From an uncultured archaeon (GTDB lineage Archaea; Asgardarchaeota; Thorarchaeia; Thorarchaeales; Thorarchaeaceae), in contig CAZSWP010000003.1 of assembly GCA_964610875.1 (NCBI GenBank), forward strand, positions 80,113 through 144,112: a DNA stretch of 64,000 nucleotides, written 5' to 3'. A program made the translations under genes and the position numbers. Every line of letters starts with the position of its first letter. Position 1 is the stretch's first letter. Shown here in pieces: positions 41,372-51,264 of this stretch. The notes beneath the pieces were generated by a model. That model was not told the DNA's origin and did no database searches. It was given only the letters and a program-made list of their open reading frames with translations.

Positions 41372-41917
41372 TTACTTATCATGATATACATTGTCAATGA
41401 TAATTGCGTACGCGAGAAGCATCAGTCGTGGTGCATCAGGGTCAGCAATATGAATGACATATCTGTCCCTGAAATTGAATGAGGGCGCAAACACATCTTG
41501 CCACTTATCACCTTTCTTGATTTCAGCATAGACCTGTTTCTTGTCTTTGGGGTCTGTGATGGTGAAGTTCCACTTGGTTACTCCACCCTGCGCTTTGTAT
41601 ATCATCTTGTCATCAGCATCATACATGTCAATAGATCCTCGAAAAGCAATCATTGGGCGTTTTGCTCTTCCAATGAGTTCACCATCTTTATCCTTTACAT
41701 CATATATTGGCCGAGTACTGATGAGTTTCTTGTTAATAGTACATAACAAGGTATCATCTGCATCCAGTATGCTGATCTCGGCACGCATAGAGAGAAGTTT
41801 TCTCTTCATCGTGCCTATCTTTTGACCTTGGGGATTGGATATATCGCCGCCACCGAATTTCCATGATTTCTCCATGAGTACATAGTGTTCAATTGATCTG
41901 TCTAATAGTGTCAACAT
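41372..41917 (-). CDS. LURP-one/Tubby-C/scramblase-like protein
   Basis: Repeated I.D.DG..IG..KRK units; C-terminal DRYVIHI...RLMLLAYAIIID; start ATG 41917. Confidence 0.85.
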   Translation of the reverse strand: MLTLLDRSIEHYVLMEKSWKFGGGDISNPQGQKIGTMKRKLLSMRAEISILDADDTLLCTINKKLISTRPIYDVKDKDGELIGRAKRPMIAFRGSIDMYDADDKMIYKAQGGVTKWNFTITDPKDKKQVYAEIKKGDKWQDVFAPSFNFRDRYVIHIADPDAPRLMLLAYAIIIDNVYHDK

Positions 41918-42151
41918 GGGGCACCATATTCTAAGATATATAAGGCAATATAAGATAATGCTGTAAATAGGTAGTACAACAAGCACATGTTTATCAGGCA
42001 AAGAGTATACAATAACCATGAAGGCGAGTATCCCTCAGGCATGAACCCGCGTACCACGCCTGTAGTACAAACCCTAAATGGTAGACGAGAAAGCTAAAAT
42101 AGCGCTCATATAATGCCAATCGTAAGATGATTTACCAGTAGGTGAAGGTAG

Positions 42152-43195
42152 TTGCAGCAACCCCTCGATACATTCTTCCAATACGTATATGGATTCTTTA
42201 ACATACTATCAGATATGCTACAACCACTGGGTATTCCTTTAGGACCTGGTGATTGGTTTTTCCTAATCTATACTATAGTTTTTGTAGCAATAATAGCTGC
42301 AATCGCACGTCGAGGTGGCAGCGGTAAGAGTGATGTTTCTGCTGGTGTCACACGTATCATTGCCTCTACTGGTGACGTTTCAGCTGGGATGACTGGTACA
42401 AAGAAACTTAGTTTTCTGAAGACTCCTGGCGATGCGTTAGTATTCCTTAGGGTAGAGGAAAACGCTGTTCAACAAGCAATCACAGCTGTCGAATATTATG
42501 CCCAACAAGGCGAACTTGACGATTCAATGAAGGATCTTCTCATTGCAGTCTATCAGACTCGACTTGATGGTGTCCGTGCGGCAATGGCAAAGGACGAAGA
42601 ACTCAAGGAGATTGTTGACACCGATGCAGCAATGGATAGGGCACGTTCTGATTACTTGAGAAAACTTGCTGCCATGTCTGGGACTGCAGTCGAATCTGAT
42701 GAAGAGCAAGCTGGACCTCCAAGTGTTGGTATGCCTGATTCTGCTGAAACCACAACCACAACAGTTGCGGCATCCACACCAGATACAGCACCAAGTGGTG
42801 GACCTCCAGGTGGTACAACACCAAGCGGCGGCCCTCCGGGTGGTGCAGCACCAAGTGGTGGACCTCCTGGCGGTGCTCGCCCAAGCGGTGGACCTCCAGC
42901 AGGCGGCCCACCCAACGGTGCAGCTCCTAGTAGTGGTCCACCAGGTGGCGCAGCACCAAGCGGCAGTCCTTCGGCAGGTGAAACAACTCCTAGTGGTCCA
43001 CCAGGTGGTGCAGCTCCAAGTGGCGGCCCTCCGGGTGGTGCAGCTCCAGGCGGAGGAGCTCCTAGTAGCGGTCCACCAGGTGGTGCAGCACCAAGTGGTA
43101 GTCCCTCACCAGGTGGTGCAACTGGCAAGAGTTCATTACAATCCGAGATGCTTGCAGAGATGGAACGGCTCAAAGCCCTAATGAGTGGAGATTAG
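42152..43195 (+). CDS. Membrane-anchored protein with Pro/Gly decapeptide repeats and a C-terminal amphipathic helix
   Basis: One TM segment, helical region, about 11 (A/T)PSGGPPGG(A/T) units, terminal SSLQSEMLAEMERLKALM. Confidence 0.85.
   Translation: MQQPLDTFFQYVYGFFNILSDMLQPLGIPLGPGDWFFLIYTIVFVAIIAAIARRGGSGKSDVSAGVTRIIASTGDVSAGMTGTKKLSFLKTPGDALVFLRVEENAVQQAITAVEYYAQQGELDDSMKDLLIAVYQTRLDGVRAAMAKDEELKEIVDTDAAMDRARSDYLRKLAAMSGTAVESDEEQAGPPSVGMPDSAETTTTTVAASTPDTAPSGGPPGGTTPSGGPPGGAAPSGGPPGGARPSGGPPAGGPPNGAAPSSGPPGGAAPSGSPSAGETTPSGPPGGAAPSGGPPGGAAPGGGAPSSGPPGGAAPSGSPSPGGATGKSSLQSEMLAEMERLKALMSGD
42787..43120 (+). repeat. Coding tandem repeat, about 30-bp unit (PSGGPPGGAA)
   Basis: ccaagYggYggNcctccRggYggtgcagcN repeated with synonymous variation. 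Confidence 0.85.
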
Positions 43196-43342
43196 ATCTC
43201 CCCTCCTATTATCTTTCAGAATACTTTGTATAATAGAGCATAGTATACCAATACAGATTACAAATTCTATTCACATTTTTATCGTATATACTAACAAAAC
43301 TATCCTTCTGTGATTAATAAGTCGAAAATTGGACTATAAGGT

Positions 43343-43558
43343 ATGACCGTCGAGAAGTGGCGTCTTGTTGGTGGCCTCATCTATAAGTTGGCCGATGTGT
43401 TCGAAAGTGGACGTGATGCCATACTTCTCGCTAGGACGCTTAAGAAAGACCGATGTGTTGTCATATCAAAGACTGTCGAAGGCCGATGGGCAGTCTACTG
43501 GAGAGCGAGGGTTGAGGCTCAATCAACTTGTGAACAACTGTATCCCACCACCGCATAA
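43343..43558 (+). CDS. Small hypothetical protein
   Basis: 71-aa ORF with ATG start and protein-like composition, in an otherwise empty gap. Confidence 0.55.
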   Translation: MTVEKWRLVGGLIYKLADVFESGRDAILLARTLKKDRCVVISKTVEGRWAVYWRARVEAQSTCEQLYPTTA

Positions 43559-43662
43559 GACACCTCACGCCTTCCTGAATTCCTTCCCCTCGCTCTCCTT
43601 GGAAAGAATTTTGAGTATATTACATACAGAGCAGATATCACTAGAATTTGAGTTGGTACTAG

Positions 43663-44346
43663 ATGTCACAAGTAAAACGCAATGCTGCAGAGAGTGCGGT
43701 GAAACTTATTCCGGAAAGCGGTGCTATCGGTCTTGGCAGTGGTTCAACTGTTGCAATATTTGCTGAGATACTGGGACAACAGATTGCTGATGGAAAAGTC
43801 GATGTAAGTATCGTGCCCAGTTCATATCAAGCATACCAACTTGCAGTCGAGTATAATATACCCCTCACCACTCTCGATATCAATCCTACTCTATTACTCA
43901 CAGTAGATGGTGCTGATGAAGTCGACAAGGAGCTCAATCTCACAAAGGGTGGTGGAGGTGCTCTATTTCAAGAGAAAATTGTAGCGTCCGCCTCTGAACA
44001 GCTCATCATAATTGTGGACGAGTCCAAGCTGGTGGACCATCTTGCAACGAGATTCGACATCCCCATTGAGGTCCTCCCGTTCTCTCTTGGGGTTGTACGA
44101 CGACGGATTGAAGCAATGGGAATCACACCCAATGTACGGATTGCTGAGAGAAAGATGGGTCCTATTGTCACAGACAATGGTAATTTCATACTTGACCTCA
44201 AATTCTCAGAGCCAATCAAGGACCCAGCTAAAGTCGCAGTTGATTTAAAGATGATTCCTGGTGTCGTTGAAACCGGCTTATTTGTGGGAATGACTGATGA
44301 AGTACATGTAGGTACTGAAGATAGTGTATATGTTCTCAAGAAATAA
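43663..44346 (+). CDS. rpiA: Ribose-5-phosphate isomerase A
   Basis: GLGSGSTV, DGADEVD, KGGGGALFQEKIVA, TDNGNFILD, PGVVETGLF. Confidence 0.96.
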   Translation: MSQVKRNAAESAVKLIPESGAIGLGSGSTVAIFAEILGQQIADGKVDVSIVPSSYQAYQLAVEYNIPLTTLDINPTLLLTVDGADEVDKELNLTKGGGGALFQEKIVASASEQLIIIVDESKLVDHLATRFDIPIEVLPFSLGVVRRRIEAMGITPNVRIAERKMGPIVTDNGNFILDLKFSEPIKDPAKVAVDLKMIPGVVETGLFVGMTDEVHVGTEDSVYVLKK

Positions 44347-44350
44347 TGAA

Positions 44351-44450
44351 TGGCGGGCCCGCGCGGATTTGAACCGCGGATCCCTTGCTTACTCCAGATT
44401 GTAAATTATCTTAGGAGGCAAGTGCCCGATCCAGGCTAGGCTACGGGCCC
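44351..44450 (-). tRNA. tRNA-Arg(CCT) with 22-nt 37/38 intron (44390-44411)
   Basis: GGGCCCG/CGGGCCC-G-CCA, CTTGC-ctCCTa^a-GCAAG. Confidence 0.92.
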
Positions 44451-44508
44451 CTCAGAAACGTTTTCGCTCTTGAGATACTTATAGAGTCTTCGTTAGGCTT
44501 TCAGAATA

Positions 44509-45777
44509 CTATTCTGCAACACGTGCAGTTATTGTAGCGCCTTCTTCCAGTGCATCCACAATCATACTGCCTTGTCTAGTCTTTATCCTGATTGAACTCT
44601 CTCCATTTCTGCCAATGACAGTGGTAAGCATGTAGTTATCATCAGCATAGATTTCCAGACGTTGTTTTGCATATTTTCTGCCAGCGTAAATTGTTACTTT
44701 CTTCTTTGAATAACTGATTGACACTGGTACAGTTTCACCAGGCACTCCTTTCTTTGGAAACCTACCTCTATCCCTAGCATCTGTTTTTCGTGTACTCACA
44801 GGGACTACTACCTTTTCACCACCAAAAGTGAAGATTTCATACTCTAAGTACCCATTCTCAAAATCCCGGACTTCTACAACAGGTCTTGCGAGGTCTCTCT
44901 GAGAACTGCTCATCCCTGTTGGAAGTTTGACCTTGAGGGATAATGAAGACACTTTGGCGACCTGTCCGGCTTCAATATGTATCACAGTATCAACAGTGCT
45001 GGGTAACTGGCCCAACTCTACTCGTCCACCAAGAATGAGTCGCTGTATTGCATCAATTGATGAACCAGCGTGGACTACACCAACCATTCCAACACCTGCT
45101 GACCGTAAGTCAGAATACGCTTCGAAGTCACTATCTTTCCGAAGTTCGTCATATATCACATAATCCGGACGAACCAGTAAGAGAATATCAGCAGCTTTCT
45201 CCATACTACCATCAAGTGGTGAGTATTGAACAATATCCTCTGATACCTGAAGGTCTCTCGGCTGTTCAAGTGTTTTGACAACATTACCTTTTCTACTATA
45301 GAACTCCGCCAGTGCTGCTGAGAAGGTACTCTTTCCAGAACCTGGTGAGCCTGTGACAAGCATTCCCTCAGCCCTGGTTTCAAGACGTTTCATCAGTTTT
45401 GGACTGAGTTTGTAATCGTCCATTGAGAGCTTCGTTATTGGACGGATTGCTGAAATCTCGTATTTGTCAGCAAAGGGTGGCATTGCAATAGCAATCCTTA
45501 GATTTCTTAACTGAACCACTGCGGCTCCTTCTTCTTCTATTTCAATAAATGATGCCCGGTCATTATTAGCGACTTCAAGTATTGCAGCTGCCAGAATATC
45601 AAGTTCATCATGGGTGAGGAGCCTCTCTGATAACTCTACAAGGGACCAATCACCTGGTGACCCGCGTTTCGCTCTTGGTGGGTTATTTTCAACTAAATGA
45701 ACGCTCATAGTGTGGTCATCAAAGAAGGCGTTCAGTTTCATAATTTCTTCTTCATCATATATCCATTCATCATTCAT
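44509..45777 (-). CDS. PINA-family (secretion-ATPase-type) ATPase lacking the N-terminal PIN domain
   Basis: FFDDHTMSVHL...KRGSPGDW, GSPGSGKSTF, KTLEQPRDL, LLVRPDYVIYDELR, GVGMVGVVH, DLARPVVEVRDF..YEIFTFG. Confidence 0.85.
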   Translation of the reverse strand: MNDEWIYDEEEIMKLNAFFDDHTMSVHLVENNPPRAKRGSPGDWSLVELSERLLTHDELDILAAAILEVANNDRASFIEIEEEGAAVVQLRNLRIAIAMPPFADKYEISAIRPITKLSMDDYKLSPKLMKRLETRAEGMLVTGSPGSGKSTFSAALAEFYSRKGNVVKTLEQPRDLQVSEDIVQYSPLDGSMEKAADILLLVRPDYVIYDELRKDSDFEAYSDLRSAGVGMVGVVHAGSSIDAIQRLILGGRVELGQLPSTVDTVIHIEAGQVAKVSSLSLKVKLPTGMSSSQRDLARPVVEVRDFENGYLEYEIFTFGGEKVVVPVSTRKTDARDRGRFPKKGVPGETVPVSISYSKKKVTIYAGRKYAKQRLEIYADDNYMLTTVIGRNGESSIRIKTRQGSMIVDALEEGATITARVAE

Positions 45778-46393
45778 CTGTGTTTCCTCCTATATCTCGG
45801 AGTTCTGTCTTAGCAACATTATAGTAGTTTACTTCACCATTCTGATCTACAAGAGCAAAAACAAGTTCTTTTCTTGCATTCTGAGATGCTTCAGTGACCA
45901 TATCAAGATTATGAAGCGTTATAGGTACACCTTCTCTCATAACGTAAACAAGTTGGTTTGCTGTGGCTGACCCGGGTCGATCGCCTCTTCCATATACCCG
46001 GAAGCCTAGTCCGCTTCCAAAACCTTGACGTACCGCATAACCTCTGCTGCGAAGGTCTCTAAAGACTAGGTATTTCACCCAGAGGTTTGGATCGTCTTTG
46101 AGCAATTGGCCAACAATGTCCTTTGAAGCCAATAATTCTCCATTGGGATTGTGAACCAACACGCGTTTTCGTTCAAGTAGGTGTAATACTTCAACAGGTT
46201 CAAGCTCAAGTCTGCCGTCATCAAGACGGACACCATAGAATCCCTGCTGTGAAATACGGTCGGATTCATCTTTTGCAACGTAACCCTTACCATCAATGAA
46301 CATAGTTTCAGAAGGTTCTTCTTCAATCTCTTCTTCACTGATTTGCTTTTCAGAATAATCATTCATATGTGGGTCATCATTGTTATCAGACAA
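45770..46393 (-). CDS. endA: tRNA-splicing endonuclease subunit, probably the non-catalytic (beta) subunit
   Basis: LEPVEVLHL, YLVFRDLRSRGYAVR.G, FRVY, RKELVFALVD..GEVNYY; catalytic Tyr and His positions are substituted. Confidence 0.85.
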   Translation of the reverse strand: MSDNNDDPHMNDYSEKQISEEEIEEEPSETMFIDGKGYVAKDESDRISQQGFYGVRLDDGRLELEPVEVLHLLERKRVLVHNPNGELLASKDIVGQLLKDDPNLWVKYLVFRDLRSRGYAVRQGFGSGLGFRVYGRGDRPGSATANQLVYVMREGVPITLHNLDMVTEASQNARKELVFALVDQNGEVNYYNVAKTELRDIGGNTDE

Positions 46394-46452
46394 ATCGTTC
46401 GCCTACTACCTGATTGGTAATTGATGATGAGAAAAAGTCTTCGACATGACCA

Positions 46453-46992
46453 ATGACAAGAACTATAGCGTGTTTTTTCTGCCATGCCCATGTGACAACT
46501 CACGAAATCTCTGAACAGCTACATGAGTTTATCAAAGGATCCAAGAAGATTGCAATCTTAGGAATAGGTAATGAACTTCGTACGGATGACGGTCTTGGAC
46601 CTCTGATAGTAAACAGTCTCCAAACAAAACACCCTGATATACTCATAGAGAATGTAGGTTCTGTACCGGAAGCTTTTGCTAGGCCTCTTGCCGATTTTGG
46701 TGCAGAACGGGTCATTATGGTAGATGCCGCTGATATGAGAAAACATCCTGGTCATATTGAACTTGTGACAAAGGACCGAATAGGTGGCATTGCCATCAGT
46801 ACACATAGCATGCCTCTGTCATTCTTGATGGAATACTTAGAACAACAGACAGGTGGGGTGACAATCCTACTTGGGGTTCAACCAAAGAGTATCCAGTTTG
46901 GTGAAGGCTTGACCCCAGAAGTACACACAGTTGTTCAGAAGCTTATTAATACAATGGACCGCATCCTAACGACGCACTTGCGAGGAAGATAA
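46453..46992 (+). CDS. Hydrogenase maturation protease (HycI-like)
   Basis: ILGIGNELRTDDGLGP, GSVPE, MVDAAD, STHSMPL, LGVQP. Confidence 0.9.
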   Translation: MTRTIACFFCHAHVTTHEISEQLHEFIKGSKKIAILGIGNELRTDDGLGPLIVNSLQTKHPDILIENVGSVPEAFARPLADFGAERVIMVDAADMRKHPGHIELVTKDRIGGIAISTHSMPLSFLMEYLEQQTGGVTILLGVQPKSIQFGEGLTPEVHTVVQKLINTMDRILTTHLRGR

Positions 46993-46994
46993 TC

Positions 46995-48026
46995 ATGTAT
47001 CGGACCATAGAGTGGCTTGATGAAATTAATGAAGTACGATTAGTCGATCAGACAAAACTCCCGTTGGAAAAGACCTACGTGCTGACAAAAAGCCATGAAC
47101 GGATTGCCAAATCAATCAAAATCATGGAGATCAGAGGAGCTCCTGCAATTGGTGCAGCTGCAGGAATGGGAATGGCTCTGGCAGCGATTGAGAGCAATGC
47201 CAAATCCAAGGACGAATTAGTCAAGTTCTTAGAAAAAGCTGCGATCACACTGAATACGCGTCCTACAGCAGTGAACCTCACATGGGCTACTGCTCGGATG
47301 CTCAAAGTGACAAAAGAAGCTGAAGGTCCCGTCGATAAAATCGTGGAAACACTCGTCGATGAAGCAAAGGAGATTGCTGAAGAGGACGTACGAATGTGTA
47401 GAGCATTAGGTGAGAATGCCCTTCAGTTCATCAAACCTGGATTCACTATTCAGACCATCTGCAATGCAGGTTCCTTAGCAACAGTTCACCTAGGTACTGT
47501 TGGCGCAGTTGTACGTGTCGCTCATGAAAAGTATGATGGGGATATCAAGGTCTATGCTGCTGAAACTCGTCCACGACAACAAGGTGCAAAACTGACAGTA
47601 TATGAAATGATGGAAGATGATATTGAAACAACTCTCATAACTGATGGCATGATTGGTACCGTCTTCAGGGAGGGACGAGTCGATTGTTGTGTTGTCGGGT
47701 CTGATAGAATATTAGGAACAGGACATGTGACAAATAAAATTGGCACTTATACAATGGCCATTGTTGCCAAACACCATGGGATTCCCTTCTATGTGGTTGC
47801 TCCTATGTCAACAGTGGACTATGAAACTAGGCCTGAAGATGTCGTTATTGAAGAGAGGAATCCGGATGAGATTCGTATCATAAATGGAGAATATGTTACA
47901 GTGCCTGATGCAAAGGTCTACAACCCTGCATTTGACATCACTCCACCAAAACTGATAACTGCCATCATCACTGACCGTGGTGTTGTCGAAGCACCAAATG
48001 AGGAAAAGATGAAGAAATTAATGTAA
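46995..48026 (+). CDS. mtnA: Methylthioribose-1-phosphate isomerase (eIF2B-like family)
   Basis: DQTKLP, IRGAPAIG, RPTAVNL, CNAGSLAT, ETRP..QGAKLT, NKIGTY, NPAFDITP. Confidence 0.88.
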   Translation: MYRTIEWLDEINEVRLVDQTKLPLEKTYVLTKSHERIAKSIKIMEIRGAPAIGAAAGMGMALAAIESNAKSKDELVKFLEKAAITLNTRPTAVNLTWATARMLKVTKEAEGPVDKIVETLVDEAKEIAEEDVRMCRALGENALQFIKPGFTIQTICNAGSLATVHLGTVGAVVRVAHEKYDGDIKVYAAETRPRQQGAKLTVYEMMEDDIETTLITDGMIGTVFREGRVDCCVVGSDRILGTGHVTNKIGTYTMAIVAKHHGIPFYVVAPMSTVDYETRPEDVVIEERNPDEIRIINGEYVTVPDAKVYNPAFDITPPKLITAIITDRGVVEAPNEEKMKKLM

Positions 48027-48364
48027 CAAGCTCAGTATACCGTCAAAAATGTAGTTTGAGCCAAACTATCCTTGAGCTGAATTCACAGTTTTTATTTAGA
48101 GAATGGTTCATCTGGAGGTTTTCCAGGATCGGTTTTATTGTATTTCATTTTTCTTCAATAATCTATAGACAACTTGATCTCAGTAATTCTCTACATATTT
48201 AATTGAACAAATTATTGGAGAATTTTGATAATAGATGCAGCAACTAAAATTAGGCCGTCAATATTACTAAGGAGTTTAATAGCATAAATAGGAAATACTA
48301 TTGATTACTAATATCCCTTAAAACGAACAGAAGAGCTTAAGAATCAAACAGTGGCCCAGAAACT

Positions 48365-48442
48365 GGGCACGTAGTCTAGTATGGATAGGGCGCTTGCCTT
48401 CGGAGCAAGATGTCGCAGGTTCGAATCCTGCCGTGCCCGCCA
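48365..48442 (+). tRNA. tRNA-Arg(TCG), no intron
   Basis: GGGCACG/CGTGCCC-G-CCA, CTTGC-ctTCGga-GCAAG. Confidence 0.95.
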
Positions 48443-48468
48443 CGATTTTTGATAGGCAAATCTACACT

Positions 48469-49980
48469 CTAGTGCATATGTTTAGTTTTGCACCAGTCAA
48501 CTGCACATTTTCTAATAGACTTCTTCTCCTCTTCCTCTATTCTTCTAAGATGCGATAACACAAGACCCATACGACCTATTGATTCAAGTTTCTCTTGATT
48601 TTCTATCAAGAAAGACCAGTAGAGAAAATTGAATGGACATGCATCTGATCCAGTCTTTATCCGTGAATTATATTGGCAATGATCACAGTAATCGCTCATT
48701 TTTCTAATGTAGTTTGCCGATGCAATATACGGCTTAGTAGAAAATACACCTCCATCTGCAAAGAGTCCCATTCCGAGTACATTAGGTTGCATAACCCAAT
48801 CAAATGAATCAATAAAGACACTATGAAACCAGTCTTCTACTAATTGTGGGTTTAGCTTGGCAAGAGTACTGAAATTACTCAAAATCATAAGTCTCTGAAT
48901 ATGATGTGCATATCCTGTATTCTCTATATTCCTCAGAACGGTTCTCATACAATTCATATCGGTCTGCCCAGTCCAGAAGAAATCCGGTAAATCACTCAAA
49001 TGTGCAAAAAAGTTCCTCTCAAAATAATCAGCATCTACCGTATGATATACTCCACGGATGAACTCTCGCCATCCCAATATTTGACGAACAAAACCTTCGA
49101 CGCTAGTAATGTGGGCTTTACCTGTATTGTAAATCTCTTCAGCTGCTTTTACTACTTCAACAGGATGAATTAGTCCAATATTGAGGTAGGGTGATAATAG
49201 TGAATGCCACATCATTGGATAATCCATCAACATTGCATCCTCAAATGGACCAAAATATTGTAATCGATTCTCCAAGAAATATCTTAGTGCCTTTCTCCCA
49301 TTCTCCCGTGTCACACCCCACCTGAATGGTGTTGTTCTCCCAAAAAGTGGAATATCTATGTTCTCTACTTTATCAATAATCCTTCTTGTAATCAAATCTG
49401 GCTCAAAATGGATTGGATTCGATGGCTCAAGTTGTTTACTGGGTGGCTCTCGATTCTCTTTATCATAATTCCATTTCCCCCCAGCTGGCTCACCATCTTC
49501 AAGTAATATGTTGAATTTTTTCCTTCCTTCTCTGTAAAAACTCTCCAATAACAACCTTCTCCGGTCTTCACTCCATCTCTTAAAACTTTCAATACTCCAG
49601 AAGAACTGATTGTTGTTCAGTATTTTCAAGGTACATACTATATCCATCTTATTGAGCTGTTCAAGAAAGGGACGGTCATTGGGTTGCATAACCAGTAATT
49701 TTTCAATCTGATGATCATCAATCCATGAGTTCAAAACATCTTGAAACCCACTACTGGACTCTATATAGTCACATTTCCATCCTTCAGCAATCAGTTCTTG
49801 TTGGAAATGTTTCATTGCTGACCAAAGAAGTACTAGTTTTTGTCTGTGATAGGGTCTTGCTTGTATATGCTTTAATGATTCTATCAATATCACACGAGTG
49901 TTTCTTCTTTTCTTACATGCATCAAGAGCAGTCTGAGTTAGGCTTAGCTGGTCCCCAAGAACCCAGATACCTATATTCAA
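48469..49980 (-). CDS. FeS-BCP cryptochrome/(6-4) photolyase family protein (PhrB/CryB-like)
   Basis: WVLGDQL, HRQKL, GGKWNYDKENR, FGPFEDAM, HSLLSPYLNIGL, GYAHHIQRLM, MSDYCDHC...ACPF FeS cysteines. Confidence 0.93.
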   Translation of the reverse strand: MNIGIWVLGDQLSLTQTALDACKKRRNTRVILIESLKHIQARPYHRQKLVLLWSAMKHFQQELIAEGWKCDYIESSSGFQDVLNSWIDDHQIEKLLVMQPNDRPFLEQLNKMDIVCTLKILNNNQFFWSIESFKRWSEDRRRLLLESFYREGRKKFNILLEDGEPAGGKWNYDKENREPPSKQLEPSNPIHFEPDLITRRIIDKVENIDIPLFGRTTPFRWGVTRENGRKALRYFLENRLQYFGPFEDAMLMDYPMMWHSLLSPYLNIGLIHPVEVVKAAEEIYNTGKAHITSVEGFVRQILGWREFIRGVYHTVDADYFERNFFAHLSDLPDFFWTGQTDMNCMRTVLRNIENTGYAHHIQRLMILSNFSTLAKLNPQLVEDWFHSVFIDSFDWVMQPNVLGMGLFADGGVFSTKPYIASANYIRKMSDYCDHCQYNSRIKTGSDACPFNFLYWSFLIENQEKLESIGRMGLVLSHLRRIEEEEKKSIRKCAVDWCKTKHMH

Positions 49981-50069
49981 TACGCATCATCCTCATTTTT
50001 AGAGAACTCAACAATGAGTCATGCCATATTAATAGGATGGAACAGCGTTAATTGATTTGATTACAAGGT

Positions 50070-50288
50070 CTATTTTTTCCCGAGTTTTTTGCTCCATACT
50101 TCAAGGAAATACTCAAGAGACCTATCGTATGTCTTCTCAGCCTCAGGCGGAAAAAGACAGCCAGGCAGTTCCTTATGTCGCCAATGATAGTCTAGGCAGT
50201 CGCAACAATATCCCTTCCTTGAGCATCCTGGATACGTACAGCCACAACGTTCCTTGTTCCTTTCAATGTTACAGATTCGACCTGTCAT
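50070..50288 (-). CDS. Small Cys-rich protein (DUF6485-like)
   Basis: CGCTYPGCSRKGYCCDCLDYH...LPGCLFPPEAEKTYDRS. Confidence 0.8.
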   Translation of the reverse strand: MTGRICNIERNKERCGCTYPGCSRKGYCCDCLDYHWRHKELPGCLFPPEAEKTYDRSLEYFLEVWSKKLGKK

Positions 50289-50330
50289 GACAAACTCTCG
50301 TGCAAGTTATGCGTCTATCATTAAAACCCT

Positions 50331-51170
50331 GTGCTTTACGGTACTTTCAGCAAGCCTAATAGCCTCTTCTACACCTTTCTGATTATGTGTCCACTAACAG
50401 GTGTGGTCGATGAATACCAGGGAATTGATGGAAAGAAGCTCCCATCGGAAAGAGTAACCAGTCTGGAATACCTACTTGTGGATGAATTTGGTGAATTGTC
50501 AAATTTTCAATTACAGGGACGTATGAGGAGTAAGAAGAACGTAGTTCTGCTTATTGGGATTGAAACAGAAACCACTACTGAACATGAGCAAGTTGTTGCA
50601 AAACTGTACATTGAAGACACTTTCAAGACAGAGCTAGAGATTCTCACTACGAGCAGGGAAAATGGTCTCTTAGTACCAAAGGTAATCAGAGCTCAATATG
50701 ATATCATAATACTCGAAAAAATACAGGGTACTCCATTAGTTGAGGTCATCAATGAAACTTTTGATACCAGACATATTGACGAGCTAGCAAGATGGTATTA
50801 CAACTTTCACTCCATACATAACAAGGTGAAAGGCGACCCCAGATTGAGAAATTTTATAGTCGCAGATGTTGGCATTTATGGTCTTGATTTTGAAGAAGTA
50901 AGAGAAGATGACTGGATGGTTGACATTGCAGGTATCAGTGCAAGCCTGTTAGACACAGACCCCATTTTCGGTCAGAAAAAACAGAATCTCTCGTGGCGAT
51001 TGCTGGAACAATACCTCGCATTGAAAGGAACGTCCCGCACAAGAGAAATTGATGAACGATTTGTTGAAACTGTTGTAAAAACACTCCAGAACACAGCTGC
51101 CTTGAGAAACGACCCACGAATAAAAGAGATTGCACATAGAATTCAAGAATCTGGCATTTCGTTTAATTGA
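50331..51170 (+). CDS. Atypical kinase-like protein (Bud32/RIO/APH fold)
   Basis: VVAKLY, E.EIL, LVPKVI, ILEKIQG, KGDPRLRNF, GLDFE; start uncertain. Confidence 0.8.
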   Translation: MLYGTFSKPNSLFYTFLIMCPLTGVVDEYQGIDGKKLPSERVTSLEYLLVDEFGELSNFQLQGRMRSKKNVVLLIGIETETTTEHEQVVAKLYIEDTFKTELEILTTSRENGLLVPKVIRAQYDIIILEKIQGTPLVEVINETFDTRHIDELARWYYNFHSIHNKVKGDPRLRNFIVADVGIYGLDFEEVREDDWMVDIAGISASLLDTDPIFGQKKQNLSWRLLEQYLALKGTSRTREIDERFVETVVKTLQNTAALRNDPRIKEIAHRIQESGISFN

Positions 51171-51264
51171 TCGCGAAAGACGGTTCTTCCCTAATCTTCA
51201 TATTCCTCTTCTCAAGTGATATGCACAATCAAACATATCAATACCGTAAAGGATTGAATCAAAG

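Noticed and set aside
42020-42110. Slightly GC-rich intergenic stretch as SRP or RNase P RNA
   Set aside because: Too short and lacks the conserved SRP helix 8 or RNase P P4 motifs.
42787-43120. GC-rich tandem repeats as a CRISPR array; overlapping ORFs 42603-43181
   Set aside because: No unique spacers, and variation is synonymous in the Pro/Gly frame, so this is a coding repeat; the alternative frames are shadows.
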